Source: Candidatus Bathyarchaeia archaeon | GTDB taxonomy: Archaea > Thermoproteota > Bathyarchaeia > Bathyarchaeales > Bathycorpusculaceae | Direction of reading: 5' to 3' | Length of the DNA stretch: 64,000 bases | NCBI GenBank assembly: GCA_050010755.1 | Contig: JBEKKK010000001.1 | Coordinates: forward strand, 544,001 to 608,000 | In this document: positions 47,559 to 57,188 of the stretch, piece by piece | Position numbering within the stretch: the first letter of the stretch is position 1 | Layout: the number at the start of each line of letters is the position of its first letter | The notes under the pieces: model-generated | The model's database searches: none | Told to the model about the DNA's origin: nothing | What the model saw: the letters and a program-made list of their open reading frames with translations, nothing else | Position numbers and translations under genes: made by a program

Positions 47559-49214
47559 ATGCAAAACCCAACGAAGATAGGAGTGCTGATTCTTTTGGCG
47601 AGAAAATTAATCATTGTTTTCGGCATGATTCTTGTCCTTCTTGCGGCAAACCGATCGTTCTCCATCGTCAATTCAGTGGTTGTGAATGGACCCATTTTCA
47701 TCCAGCAAGATGGATCGGTCGAACCTATCTCGGCCCCAATTCAACGGAACGGGGACATATACACTCTGACGGACGATGTTGCGAGTTTTTCCGACGGGAT
47801 TGTCATCGAAATAGACGGCATCACTCTGGATGGTGCAGGCCACACTGTTCAGGGCATCGTCAATTCCAGCGCTCCTTCAACCAATGAAACGACTGGGATT
47901 AACCTGACTGGACAGAGTAACGTAACGATTGAGAACACCAACGTGATGGGGTTTACCGACGGGATAATGCTTTCGGCCTCAAACAACCTCGAAAACGTGT
48001 CAAACTTCAACACCATAGTTGGAAACAATTTGACGAGTGACGGAAATGGAATCATTCTGGCGCCCTCGAATGGCAGTGAAATTCTCTCAAATGACATTTC
48101 GGATAATGGGGTTGGCATCAGCGTGTCCGATTTTTCCATGAATAACAGTATCGGTACGAACACTTTGACAGGCAATCCTCTGGGCATATTTTTGAACGAT
48201 TCGGAAAACAATTACGTTTACGCGAACAGCGTTTCGAGCATGTATGACAGTATATGGCTGGACGGATCCTCGAACAACAGTTTGACTCTTAACACTGTTT
48301 CGACCGCGTATTATGGAAACGGCATAATTCTCCTTGACTCCTCGAACTACAACGCGATTGTTGGAAACGATGTTACAAACTGCGACGAGGGCCTCAGCCT
48401 CAGAAGTTCTTCAAACTTTGGCATCCTCGTGGGAAACACTATTGAAGGCAATTTTCGGGGACTCGAAAACATCGGTTCGTCAAACGACACCATCGCTCGA
48501 AACGATATTTCAAACAGCGGATGGTTTAACTTCCGTCTGTCAGGATGCTCCGGCGACCTTGTCTACGAAAACAGCATAACGGGAAACGCGATTTCAATAT
48601 GGCTGGCCTCTTCCTCGAACAACTCATTCTACCACAACTTCATAGGAAGTACCGATGTGACCCTCGTGCCCCCCAACAGCAACACATGGGACGATGGGTA
48701 TCCTTCTGGCGGAAACTACTGGGTCGGAGCCAACTTGACAGACCGGTTCAGCGGCGCTTACCAGACCATTACTGGAAGCGATGGAATTTGTGACTCTCCA
48801 GTCGTTCTCAACGCAAACAACACTGACCGCTATCCATTAGCGGGGCCCTTCTACTCTTTCAACGCGACGTCTGAGCATTATGTTCAAATCTTGAGTAACT
48901 CTACGATTTCGAACTTCCGTTTCAACGGCACCGCGATTCTGTTTGACATGACTGGAGAAAACGGGACTGACGGTTTTTGCAGAATCTCCATTCCATTGGA
49001 TATGATGAGTGGGCCCTTCAGCGTTTTCGTGAACGGGACACAAGTCACCTTTGCACTGATACCAAATTCCAACGATTCGCTAGGCTACTTGTACTTTTCT
49101 CTCCACTTCTCAACACAAGAGATTACAGTGATCCCGGAATACTCGGCCGGTGTGCTGGTCATTTCATTAATGCTCGTTGCCCTGGCGGTTCTCGTTCATA
49201 AGAAAAGACGTTAG
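47559..49214 (+). CDS. Surface protein with NosD/parallel beta-helix repeats and a PEF-CTERM-like anchor
   Basis: GIxLxxSxxNxIxxN repeats, WDDGYPSGGNYW, DRYPL, C-terminal VIPEY + TM + KKRR. Confidence 0.88.
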   Translation: MQNPTKIGVLILLARKLIIVFGMILVLLAANRSFSIVNSVVVNGPIFIQQDGSVEPISAPIQRNGDIYTLTDDVASFSDGIVIEIDGITLDGAGHTVQGIVNSSAPSTNETTGINLTGQSNVTIENTNVMGFTDGIMLSASNNLENVSNFNTIVGNNLTSDGNGIILAPSNGSEILSNDISDNGVGISVSDFSMNNSIGTNTLTGNPLGIFLNDSENNYVYANSVSSMYDSIWLDGSSNNSLTLNTVSTAYYGNGIILLDSSNYNAIVGNDVTNCDEGLSLRSSSNFGILVGNTIEGNFRGLENIGSSNDTIARNDISNSGWFNFRLSGCSGDLVYENSITGNAISIWLASSSNNSFYHNFIGSTDVTLVPPNSNTWDDGYPSGGNYWVGANLTDRFSGAYQTITGSDGICDSPVVLNANNTDRYPLAGPFYSFNATSEHYVQILSNSTISNFRFNGTAILFDMTGENGTDGFCRISIPLDMMSGPFSVFVNGTQVTFALIPNSNDSLGYLYFSLHFSTQEITVIPEYSAGVLVISLMLVALAVLVHKKRR

Positions 49215-49365
49215 CTTTGTCACGTTCGCGTGTGCGAGTGCGTTGCCTCCATTATTGTTACAATCGTTTGGTTACGAGAAAAAGGAGCTAACAGCAAGCT
49301 AACAGCCCACGCTTTGCGCAAGGCAGGCTTCTAATCTGGCTTCGAATTTACAACTACGGGTTCAG

Positions 49366-49668
49366 TTATTTTTTGCGCCTGAGAAAATTGGTCTTCGACT
49401 TTTCTGCTTCTGCTTTCTCTGCACTGGAATGTGGCTGCGGGTCTTCGCAGGAAGTTTGTCCAGGCTCAGTTTTCGGAGGATCCATTGCCTCTACTCCAAG
49501 GAGTGTCCTCAATGATTCCACCTCTTCCCTTAGCATGCCTACTTCGCTTTCCAGGGCTCTAGTCTTGGATTCAGCCAACTTCTTGAGCTCTTCGATTTCT
49601 AGAAGAAGATTATTTTTTTCAGAGTCTAAGGTTTTAATCTTCTCCGTTATAATTCTGAGACTGCTCAA
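49366..49668 (-). CDS. Small coiled-coil hypothetical protein
   Basis: Heptad pattern over ~55 aa, then a disordered tail. Confidence 0.6.
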   Translation of the reverse strand: MSSLRIITEKIKTLDSEKNNLLLEIEELKKLAESKTRALESEVGMLREEVESLRTLLGVEAMDPPKTEPGQTSCEDPQPHSSAEKAEAEKSKTNFLRRKK

Positions 49669-49901
49669 CTCTCTTCTCCCAGTTTTTTGAAACGACCATC
49701 GTTTTTAAACATTTCTGAACAAATCTTATAGTACTAATCTCTATTCTGAACATGTCTGTTACAAAAAAATAACGAAAGACAGTTTCGTTTCAGGTTTGCC
49801 AATTCTTCGCGTGCCCGAGAGAGAACAAGGCCTTGAATCGATTAGCATGAGAGAGCAGGGTTGAGTTCGCTTTTGGACGCGTTGAGTTTCCTTGGAGGCT
49901 T

Positions 49902-50183
49902 TCATTTTTTGTCGGATTTGTATAGCATGAACGTGTGGCCTCTAACCTCAACCAATGAAGCTTCTGTTTGCTCAGCAATCTTCATGGCAACCTGCTTTGC
50001 CTCTTCATTGGCAAGGGCGCTTTTCAAGATCCTAACCTTAACCATTTCTTTTCTCTTCAACTGTTTCTCGATTTCATCTATTGCGTCCTTTGAAGCGCCG
50101 TTCTTGCCAACGCACACCGTGGGCCTTCCTTGGGCAAGCCTGCTCTTAACGTGCCGTTTCCTTGCAACAGTCACTTTGCTCAC
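49902..50183 (-). CDS. YhbY/CRM-domain RNA-binding protein
   Basis: PTVCVGKNG, EMVKVRIL, EVRGHTFMLYK; GTG at 50183 overlaps rnp4 stop. Confidence 0.9.
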   Translation of the reverse strand: MSKVTVARKRHVKSRLAQGRPTVCVGKNGASKDAIDEIEKQLKRKEMVKVRILKSALANEEAKQVAMKIAEQTEASLVEVRGHTFMLYKSDKK

Positions 50184-50503
50184 TGCTCTCTCCTTCGTTC
50201 TTTTCTTGAAATGGGAATTCGCATCTGTTTCCCGCAGTTGAAACAGGTAATCACGACGTGCGGTTCTCTCAGCTGCTTTACTCGCACGCGACAGTTGACG
50301 CCTGGCAGGATGAAGCTCTTGCAGCTCCTGCAGATTTGGCGTCTGTACCGTGTCGGTAGGCGGATCTTTGCCGCCATCGCAATTCTTCTTGCTACATTCA
50401 CGTATCGTTGGGCCAAGGCTGGATCTTGATTCAGAGTTTCTTCTGCCAAGTCGAAAAGCGTTCGGACTCGTTGTCTCGCAATGCTTTTGATGTTGTCGTT
50501 CAT
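50180..50503 (-). CDS. rnp4: RNase P protein component 4 (Rpp21)
   Basis: IARQRV, LAQRYV, CRSC...PG...CFNCG zinc ribbon. Confidence 0.95.
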   Translation of the reverse strand: MNDNIKSIARQRVRTLFDLAEETLNQDPALAQRYVNVARRIAMAAKIRLPTRYRRQICRSCKSFILPGVNCRVRVKQLREPHVVITCFNCGKQMRIPISRKERRREQ

Positions 50504-50755
50504 CTGCCATTCATCTCCGCCGAGTCTCTGCTCAACGCATCTGACATGGATGCCCTTCTAATGTAAACGTTTCTCAGAAAAGCTTCTTTTTGGCGCACGA
50601 CCCTTGGTTAATCTTGGGGCTTTAGAGTATTAAATATCTTGTTGAACTTTGGCGTTTCGTCTGGAGGCGCGTTCGCCTTGATTTTGGGGTTTTGTTATCG
50701 GTTTATTGCTTCTTGAGGTTTAATGTTTATATGTTCTAGTGTCCAAGATTCTTTC

Positions 50756-51643
50756 ATGCAGCGTAGACGTAAGAAGTCTCATAATCTTAGGAATGCATTA
50801 GTCGTTTTGATTGTTTTTGTCGTTATCATTAGTGTGGTTGTTGCGGAATATCAAATGCGTGGGGCGGGTTCTCCGACGTATTCCGCTTTCTCAGCCACTT
50901 CAACGACCGCGGGTTCAGCTTGCACTTTCAGTGTTCTGTGGTCGGATAGCATGAACGTTAGCGGCTACATTTTCGGAACGAACAACACAGGTGCCTTTGT
51001 TAATGACACTTGGACGCCTTTCTACGATTTCCTGAATCAGACTTTCGCTTATTCTAGGGTGACTGAAACGTTGGACAGTAATATCGGCGATGTTGTCAGC
51101 TGGGGTTTCTGGTGCAACGGGACTGGCAACCGTTGGAGTGAGTTTCCATTACAAATTTTTTACGTCATGTCGGACAAGGTCCTCCTCAATACAAACATGG
51201 GAAACATTACGATTCTGTTGTTTGACGACATGCCCATAACAACGGGAAACTTCAAAAACCTGACGAGAATAGGAAGGTATGACGGGACAAACTTTACTCG
51301 GATCGTTCCGGGTTTTGTTATTCAGGGAGGAGATTCTTCGGCTAAGCCGGGACAAGTGGACAACATTACTGACGAGCTTCCTAACAAACACAGTAACCTG
51401 CAGGGCTATGTGGCTATGGCGAAAACAAGCGCGGCCAACTCTGCAACGGACCAGTTTTTCATTAACTTGGGCGATAACTCTGCCACCTTGGATAGCAACT
51501 ACTCGGTGTTTGGCCAAGTGATATCGGGAATGGATGTCGTGGACGCGATTAGCAATTTGGTGCCTTCATCGGCTAATGCTACTGGGTACGACGGCCCACC
51601 CTCGGTACCCGTTACGATCAATTCAGCGCAGTTTGTCAACTAG
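50756..51643 (+). CDS. Membrane-anchored cyclophilin-type peptidyl-prolyl isomerase with an extra N-terminal domain
   Basis: RRRKK + TM; TNMGNI, FTRIVPGFVIQGGD, VAMA, QFFIN, YSVFGQV. Confidence 0.9.
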   Translation: MQRRRKKSHNLRNALVVLIVFVVIISVVVAEYQMRGAGSPTYSAFSATSTTAGSACTFSVLWSDSMNVSGYIFGTNNTGAFVNDTWTPFYDFLNQTFAYSRVTETLDSNIGDVVSWGFWCNGTGNRWSEFPLQIFYVMSDKVLLNTNMGNITILLFDDMPITTGNFKNLTRIGRYDGTNFTRIVPGFVIQGGDSSAKPGQVDNITDELPNKHSNLQGYVAMAKTSAANSATDQFFINLGDNSATLDSNYSVFGQVISGMDVVDAISNLVPSSANATGYDGPPSVPVTINSAQFVN

Positions 51644-51674
51644 GGAAGTCACGAATCGGATTTGAGGTTGTTAA

Positions 51675-52355
51675 ATGGGAAAATTGAGTATGGAAGATGT
51701 CTTTAAAGTCTTGTCAAAGCCTCTCCCTGACTTCGAGATAAAACCAGGCAAGACGGCTCTGCTTCTGATTGATTTTCAAGAGCTCGTGAGTTCAAAACCG
51801 CTGCTTCGAGAAGCAGTTGGCGCGGGGTTGCCTGAAAGAGAGGTGAGGGAAGCCTTGCGGGAATACGATAGAAGAATAAGCAAGGCGGTGAAAAATGCCC
51901 AAAGGATACTGCAGGCCTGCAGGAACAAAGGCTATGACATTATGCATGTTAAGTTGGGGGCACAGACCGGCAACCCCCTGCACACAGCTAAGGTTAACAG
52001 AAAAGCCGATTTCATCGTTCCCAATGATGCGGAAAGAGGCAGATTCCTGAACGAAGTGAAGCCCATCGAAGGAGAACTTGTTTTTCCAAAAACAAACGGC
52101 GGAGCATTCACAGGAACCAACCTGGACTTCGTCCTCAGGAACATGGACATCAACAGCGTCATCATAACCGGCTTCCTGACCGATCAATGCGTCCTCGCAA
52201 CCTCAATCTACGCAGGAGACGTGGGATACGACGTTCTATTAGTCGAGGACGCCTGCACAGGAACCACCAAGGAAAACCACGACGCCGTAATTAAAATCGC
52301 AAAAGACGTATTCTTAAAGGTCAAAACGACCCGAGAACTTCTGCCAACTCTCTAA
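51675..52355 (+). CDS. Isochorismatase-family cysteine hydrolase
   Basis: ALLLIDFQ, K..GAF.GT.LD, GFLTDQCV. Confidence 0.9.
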   Translation: MGKLSMEDVFKVLSKPLPDFEIKPGKTALLLIDFQELVSSKPLLREAVGAGLPEREVREALREYDRRISKAVKNAQRILQACRNKGYDIMHVKLGAQTGNPLHTAKVNRKADFIVPNDAERGRFLNEVKPIEGELVFPKTNGGAFTGTNLDFVLRNMDINSVIITGFLTDQCVLATSIYAGDVGYDVLLVEDACTGTTKENHDAVIKIAKDVFLKVKTTRELLPTL

Positions 52356-52428
52356 AAGGGCCAAAACTCTGTTGCCATTTTCAAGCTAGGACGGCGTTTA
52401 CGGCCCCTCTCATTCTTGCTTCTGAAGG

Positions 52429-52543
52429 TGCGGGGGGTGGGATTCGAACCCACGGAGGCCTTCGCCAGAGGATCTTAAGTCCTCCCCCTTGTCTTAGGCT
52501 TTTTCTGGCCCTGCCTATTTAGACCTGGCTCGGGTACCCCCGC
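52429..52543 (-). tRNA. tRNA-Leu(TAA) with a 30-nt intron in the D-arm (52489-52518)
   Basis: GCGGGGG/CCCCCGC acceptor, GAGGA-CTTAAGA-TCCTC anticodon arm, long variable arm, GGTTCGAATCC; BHB-like GTCT/AGAC helix with AAA and AAG bulges; CCA not encoded. Confidence 0.92.
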
Positions 52544-52647
52544 GCTAATCAACTAGGTTGATGTTGCTTCGTAGTTAAAGTTTTTCAGAGAGACGGCATT
52601 AAGTTAAAATTCAGAAGCGCTCACTGTTCTGAATGCGCAAAAGGCTT

Positions 52648-52777
52648 GGGCGAGTAGCTCAGTACGGATTGGCTCTTGTGCTAAAGCAGGGGTCGTGAGC
52701 GCTTTTGCAGGAGTCACGGACAGAGCACCAGCCTCCTAAGTTGGGGGTCGTGGGTTCAAATCCCACCTCGCCCGCCA
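52648..52777 (+). tRNA. tRNA-Arg(CCT) with a ~52-nt D-loop insertion (about 52669-52720), CCA encoded
   Basis: GGGCGAG/CTCGCCC acceptor, GCTC/GAGC D stem, CCAGC-CTCCTAA-GTTGG anticodon arm, GGTTCAAATCC; insertion hairpin TGGCTCTTGT/GCAGGAGTCA. Confidence 0.88.
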
Positions 52778-53021
52778 TATTTTCAAGAAATGAGCTATAA
52801 TTGCTGACTTTTTGGTTAATGGTCTTTGGACGCGCACTAGACTTGACTTCCAATTCTTAGCTCGGAAAAACAGCGCTCCGGCCCTGCAGTACAGAAGACT
52901 CTCTGCCCCGCTAAAAGAGGAATAGAGCCAATACCAAGCTTCTTTTCATTTGATGTTATCTAGTGGCCATGATTCAATCTTTAATACTGATCCCACCAAT
53001 AATGTATATCCGTGATTCTTC

Positions 53022-53525
53022 TTGAAAGATATCGAGTTGAAGTTGATTTCTGAGCTTGTGAAGAATAGCAGGAGGAGTGACAGGGAGCTTGCCAAGGCAC
53101 TTAGAGTTTCCCAACCAACCGTCTCCAGAGTAAGAGTGAGACTTGAGAAACAAGGGCTCATAGATTACAGTGCAATTCCAAATCTTGCTAAGCTGGGTTT
53201 CGATATAATCGCTGTAACATTTGGAAATCGAGATTACCAGAAGCATCCTGAAATCAATCTTCAAAGAGCTAAAGACTTCGCAGAGAGACATCCAGGACTC
53301 ATATTCGGTGCTTTTGGAAGCGGGCTAGGTCATGACAGAATAGCAATCTCGATCCACAGAAACTATTCCGACTATTCCAAGCTTCTCCAAGAGATGCGAA
53401 GTGAATGGGCAGAGATCATGGATATCAAAGACTCTTTCATCGTAAGCTTGAAAAGCAAAGAAGTCATCCAACCGCTCTCTCTAAAACACTTCGCAGACCA
53501 ACTGAAGAATGAGAAAGAAAGCTAA
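53022..53525 (+). CDS. Lrp/AsnC family transcriptional regulator
   Basis: NSRRSDRELAKALRVSQPTVSR..LEKQGLI. Confidence 0.9.
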   Translation: MKDIELKLISELVKNSRRSDRELAKALRVSQPTVSRVRVRLEKQGLIDYSAIPNLAKLGFDIIAVTFGNRDYQKHPEINLQRAKDFAERHPGLIFGAFGSGLGHDRIAISIHRNYSDYSKLLQEMRSEWAEIMDIKDSFIVSLKSKEVIQPLSLKHFADQLKNEKES

Positions 53526-53641
53526 CAGACAACGCCTAATGATTCCAAGATTTCAGGGGCTCATTGGAAGTTTTTCATCGCAGTTCGAACTGTTCTGTAG
53601 ACAAAGAAAAGAGGGAACTGGTGATGCACGAAATGTTAGGC

Positions 53642-53908
53642 CTAGGTAACAAGAAAGCTCTGTATCAGTGACGAAGAATCAAATTCCTCAATCAGCCTCA
53701 ACCCTTCATCTGTGGTTTGGTATATGTAGCCCTTTTCTTCAATAAAACCATGGGCTTTCAGAAACTCGATATACCTAGTGAATTGTCCATAACTTAGAGA
53801 AACCGAACTGAGCAAGTGTATTTGCCTGGTGCCCTTCTTTGCAGCTTTCAGGATGGCTACAGAAATTATCAAAGAACTTCTCCTTTTCGACGGGAAAGTC
53901 AAGTCCAC
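53642..53908 (-). CDS. Small winged-helix DNA-binding protein
   Basis: RRSSLII..IL, LSYGQFTRYIEFL..GFI..YQTTDEG; start uncertain (GTG at 53908). Confidence 0.75.
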   Translation of the reverse strand: MDLTFPSKRRSSLIISVAILKAAKKGTRQIHLLSSVSLSYGQFTRYIEFLKAHGFIEEKGYIYQTTDEGLRLIEEFDSSSLIQSFLVT

Positions 53909-54116
53909 AACACTCTCCCCCACTATATAGAACCATCTTCTAGAAGATAAACATACCTTACCGCCTTGTCCGCTGTTTTCCTTGAACGTTTCGTTTATAA
54001 ACAAGTCGCAGTGTTCCAAATATCAAGGTGCAATCGATGATGTGTTTGCTCTTCGCTTGCTCATTAAGGAACTTTATTGAAATGTCTCGCTTCTGCATTT
54101 TGGAGAAGTGGTATTC

Positions 54117-54692
54117 ATGAGTGAGGAAAAGTTGAAAACGGCTTCTACAAGGGGAATGGAAGTGGCAACTCTGGCGGGAGGTTGTTTCTGGTGTACCGAG
54201 GCAGTTTTCAGTCAATTGAAAGGCGTGGAAAAGGTCGAACCCGGCTATTCCGGCGGCAAACTCGAAAACCCAACCTATGAGCAGGTTTCTACAGGAAGGA
54301 CGGGGCATGCTGAAACCATTCAAATCACCTTTGATCCAGACGTCATATCCTACAAGGAAATCTTGGAAATCTTCTTTTCAACGCACAATCCGACGACGCT
54401 GAATCGTCAAGGTCCCGATGTCGGCACTCAATACCGGTCAGTAATATTCTATCATAACGAAGAACAGAAAGCAACGGCTGAACAGGTGATGAAAGAACTC
54501 ACTGAAGAGAGGATCTTCGACGATCCCATAGTAACCCAGTTGGAACCCTTCAAAGTGTTCTATGAGGCTGAAGATTATCATAAAGACTACTTCAAACGTC
54601 ACCCGGAACAAGCCTACTGCAGTGTGGTCATCGAGCCGAAGCTGGCAAAGCTTCGGGAACACTACATGAGCAAATTGAAACTGAACATTTGA
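54117..54692 (+). CDS. msrA: Peptide-methionine (S)-S-oxide reductase
   Basis: [27 protein letters not shown]. Confidence 0.96.
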   Translation: MSEEKLKTASTRGMEVATLAGGCFWCTEAVFSQLKGVEKVEPGYSGGKLENPTYEQVSTGRTGHAETIQITFDPDVISYKEILEIFFSTHNPTTLNRQGPDVGTQYRSVIFYHNEEQKATAEQVMKELTEERIFDDPIVTQLEPFKVFYEAEDYHKDYFKRHPEQAYCSVVIEPKLAKLREHYMSKLKLNI

Positions 54693-54723
54693 CTTCTGGA
54701 AACTCAAACCGAAATGACGGATG

Positions 54724-56673
54724 CTACGTTTTCACTCGTGCAAGACGCAGAGTGTTCAGGAGCAGTAGCAGGGTTACGCCGTCGTCGCCAGAGGCCACGG
54801 TGAACCATAGCGGAACGAACCCGAGCAGCCCGAGGGCGCCGAGAACGATTTTAACGGCTAGCGATGCCATTATGTTCTGTTTGGCGATATTCACGGTTTC
54901 ATCGCTTAGCTTGACCATGTAGGGAATTTGGGACAACTCGTTATTGACCAGCACTATATCGGCTGACTCTAGGGCAACGTCGACTTTGCTGCCTCCCATC
55001 GCGATTCCCACGTCGGAAGCAGCGAGAGCCGGGGCATCGTTGACTCCGTCACCCACCATCGAAACAGTTCCGTACTTTGCTTTGATTTGACTCAGAATCC
55101 TCAGCTTGTCTTCGGGAAACAGCTCAGAATGCACCTCGTCTATCTCAAGTCTCTTTCCAACGTCATCCGCTATTTCCCGTTTGTCCCCCGTCAACATAAC
55201 AGTGTGAATGTCCGACTTTTTCAAGTCTTTCACCGCTTCAGCCGCATCCTCTCTAACTTCATCCATCACGCAGAAAGAGGCCACAGCGGTCTTGTCCATC
55301 GAAACACAGACTGCAGTGTGTTTTTCATTCGCGTAGTTCTCGCTTATCTCTTCGCAGTTGCAATCGTGCTGTTTCATGAGCTCCATATTCCCCACCGCGA
55401 CGTGAACGCCCTCGACATAGCCCGTCATGCCTTTGCCAGGAACCTCTTCCACCTCCTCGACCCTCAGGTCGCTGTAGTTCAGATCGCGATCTTTGGCCTT
55501 CTTGATGATGGTTTGAGCGAGCGGATGGTTCGAGAACTGTTCTAGTGCTGCTGCGTACCTCAGCGCCTGTTGATCCGATTTTTCGACAGAATCAACATCG
55601 TTCACGGCCGGCGTGCCTAAAGTCAGCGTGCCGGTCTTGTCGAAGACGATGGCTCTAACTTTTGCCAGTTTTTCTATGCAGATTCCACCCTTGACTAGAA
55701 CTCCTTTTCTGGCGGCAATAGTCACGGCAGCAAAGATAGTCGCCGGAACCGAGATAATAAAAGCGCTGGGACAAGAAACGACTAGCAGAATCAACGCCCT
55801 GTACAGCCACGTGCTGAATGTTCCACCGGTCAACCTTGGGATTCCGAATGCCGTGAAAGCTGCAAGGGCTATGACGACTGGAACGTAGAAACGAGCGAAC
55901 CTATCCACCAAGCTTTCAATGTGCGCCTTTCTCTTCTTGGATTCAACAACAAGCTTCACAATTCTGGACACCAACGTGTCTTCAGCGCCCTTGTTAACAA
56001 TTACCTTGAGGATTCCGCCCGAATTCACGGTGCCCGCAAAGACGCAGTCTCCAGTTCTCTTTGGAGTTGGAATGGATTCGCCCGTGACGAGCGACTGATC
56101 TACGGAGGAAGAGCCTTCAACCACAGTGCCGTCCATCGCGATTCTTTCGCCCGGCCTCACTATCATCGTCATGCCCGGTCCGACCGCTTTTACCTCGACA
56201 GTTTTTTCAGAACCATCGACGATTACCGAAGCCTTATCAGGCATGAACCGCGAAAGCCCTTCAATAGTTCTCGTCGCTCGATCCTGAATATACTCTTCAA
56301 AATACTCTGCCAACGAATAGAGAAAAAGCACGGTCGCCGCTTCGAAGAGAAAACCCAAATAAGCTGCGCCCAGGGCCGCGACGGACATGAGGAACTCAAC
56401 TGAAAACTTCTTTTCTATGATGAGTTCCTTCAAGCCCAGAACGCCGACGTACACTCCTCCTACGATGACTGAAACGTAGTAGATTGCGCTCGATACTGTT
56501 GCAGGCTCGTTCAGCAACGGTATGGCGAAACCAAGGGGGATTCCTTTCAGCAGAAGATCGAGTGAACCTGAAATGAGCATGGTTAAGCCGAAGGCCAAGG
56601 CTAGAAGAATCCAGGCTTTCTTCGTTTCGCGTTGCTCACGCTGCTCCAGTTCGGGTCTGTCCGGGCAGCTCAT
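54724..56673 (-). CDS. P1B-type heavy-metal translocating ATPase (CPS motif)
   Basis: TGES, VSCPSA, DKTGT, HPLA, GDGVNDAP; Lys in the penultimate TM, DDG in the last TM. Confidence 0.93.
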   Translation of the reverse strand: MSCPDRPELEQREQRETKKAWILLALAFGLTMLISGSLDLLLKGIPLGFAIPLLNEPATVSSAIYYVSVIVGGVYVGVLGLKELIIEKKFSVEFLMSVAALGAAYLGFLFEAATVLFLYSLAEYFEEYIQDRATRTIEGLSRFMPDKASVIVDGSEKTVEVKAVGPGMTMIVRPGERIAMDGTVVEGSSSVDQSLVTGESIPTPKRTGDCVFAGTVNSGGILKVIVNKGAEDTLVSRIVKLVVESKKRKAHIESLVDRFARFYVPVVIALAAFTAFGIPRLTGGTFSTWLYRALILLVVSCPSAFIISVPATIFAAVTIAARKGVLVKGGICIEKLAKVRAIVFDKTGTLTLGTPAVNDVDSVEKSDQQALRYAAALEQFSNHPLAQTIIKKAKDRDLNYSDLRVEEVEEVPGKGMTGYVEGVHVAVGNMELMKQHDCNCEEISENYANEKHTAVCVSMDKTAVASFCVMDEVREDAAEAVKDLKKSDIHTVMLTGDKREIADDVGKRLEIDEVHSELFPEDKLRILSQIKAKYGTVSMVGDGVNDAPALAASDVGIAMGGSKVDVALESADIVLVNNELSQIPYMVKLSDETVNIAKQNIMASLAVKIVLGALGLLGFVPLWFTVASGDDGVTLLLLLNTLRLARVKT

Positions 56674-56789
56674 CGGTGACCATCAGTGAAGACGCATTTT
56701 ATTATATTAAAATAGTGCTAACGTCTTTGGACAAAATATTAATACGCTAATAACAACTACAAGTTATGTTAATAGCAGAGGCGGTTTGA

Positions 56790-57188
56790 GTGACGGTAAT
56801 AAGCATTACTCTTCCGAGTGAGCTTCTGACAAAGTTCGACGAGTTCATGAAGACACGCGGCTACTACAGCCGGTCAGAAGCCTTTCGAGACGCGATCAGA
56901 AACATAATCGTCGAATCGGACATGGCCAAGACTGAGACGGGTGAAGTGGCGGCAACAATAATGATCACCTCCGACTACGCAAGAAGAGACGTTGACTTAA
57001 GGATGAGCGAAGTCAGACACGAATTCGACGACGTAGTGGTGGAGAACGTGCACAGACACATCGACGATAAATACTGCCTAGAAATCTTCATCGCTCAAGG
57101 AAAGAACCAGCGAATTCTCGACCTTATCGGAAGAGTGAGAGGAATGCGAGGCATTCAACAGGTGAAGGCCCTCTTCATGTCACTATAA
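56790..57188 (+). CDS. nikR: NikR-family ribbon-helix-helix metalloregulator
   Basis: ISITLP..YSRSEAFRDAIR RHH domain; H...HRH.....C ligand pattern (RHEF...VHRHIDDKYCLE). Confidence 0.88.
   Translation: MTVISITLPSELLTKFDEFMKTRGYYSRSEAFRDAIRNIIVESDMAKTETGEVAATIMITSDYARRDVDLRMSEVRHEFDDVVVENVHRHIDDKYCLEIFIAQGKNQRILDLIGRVRGMRGIQQVKALFMSL

Noticed and set aside
49902-50510. 202-aa ORF suggesting an extended YhbY
   Set aside because: The upstream half is an alternative frame of rnp4; GTG at 50183 overlapping the rnp4 stop is the likely start
56674-56789. Canonical NikR operator (GTATGA-N16-TCATAC-like)
   Set aside because: Only partial half-sites (TAATAC, TAATAG) with non-matching spacing; no operator called
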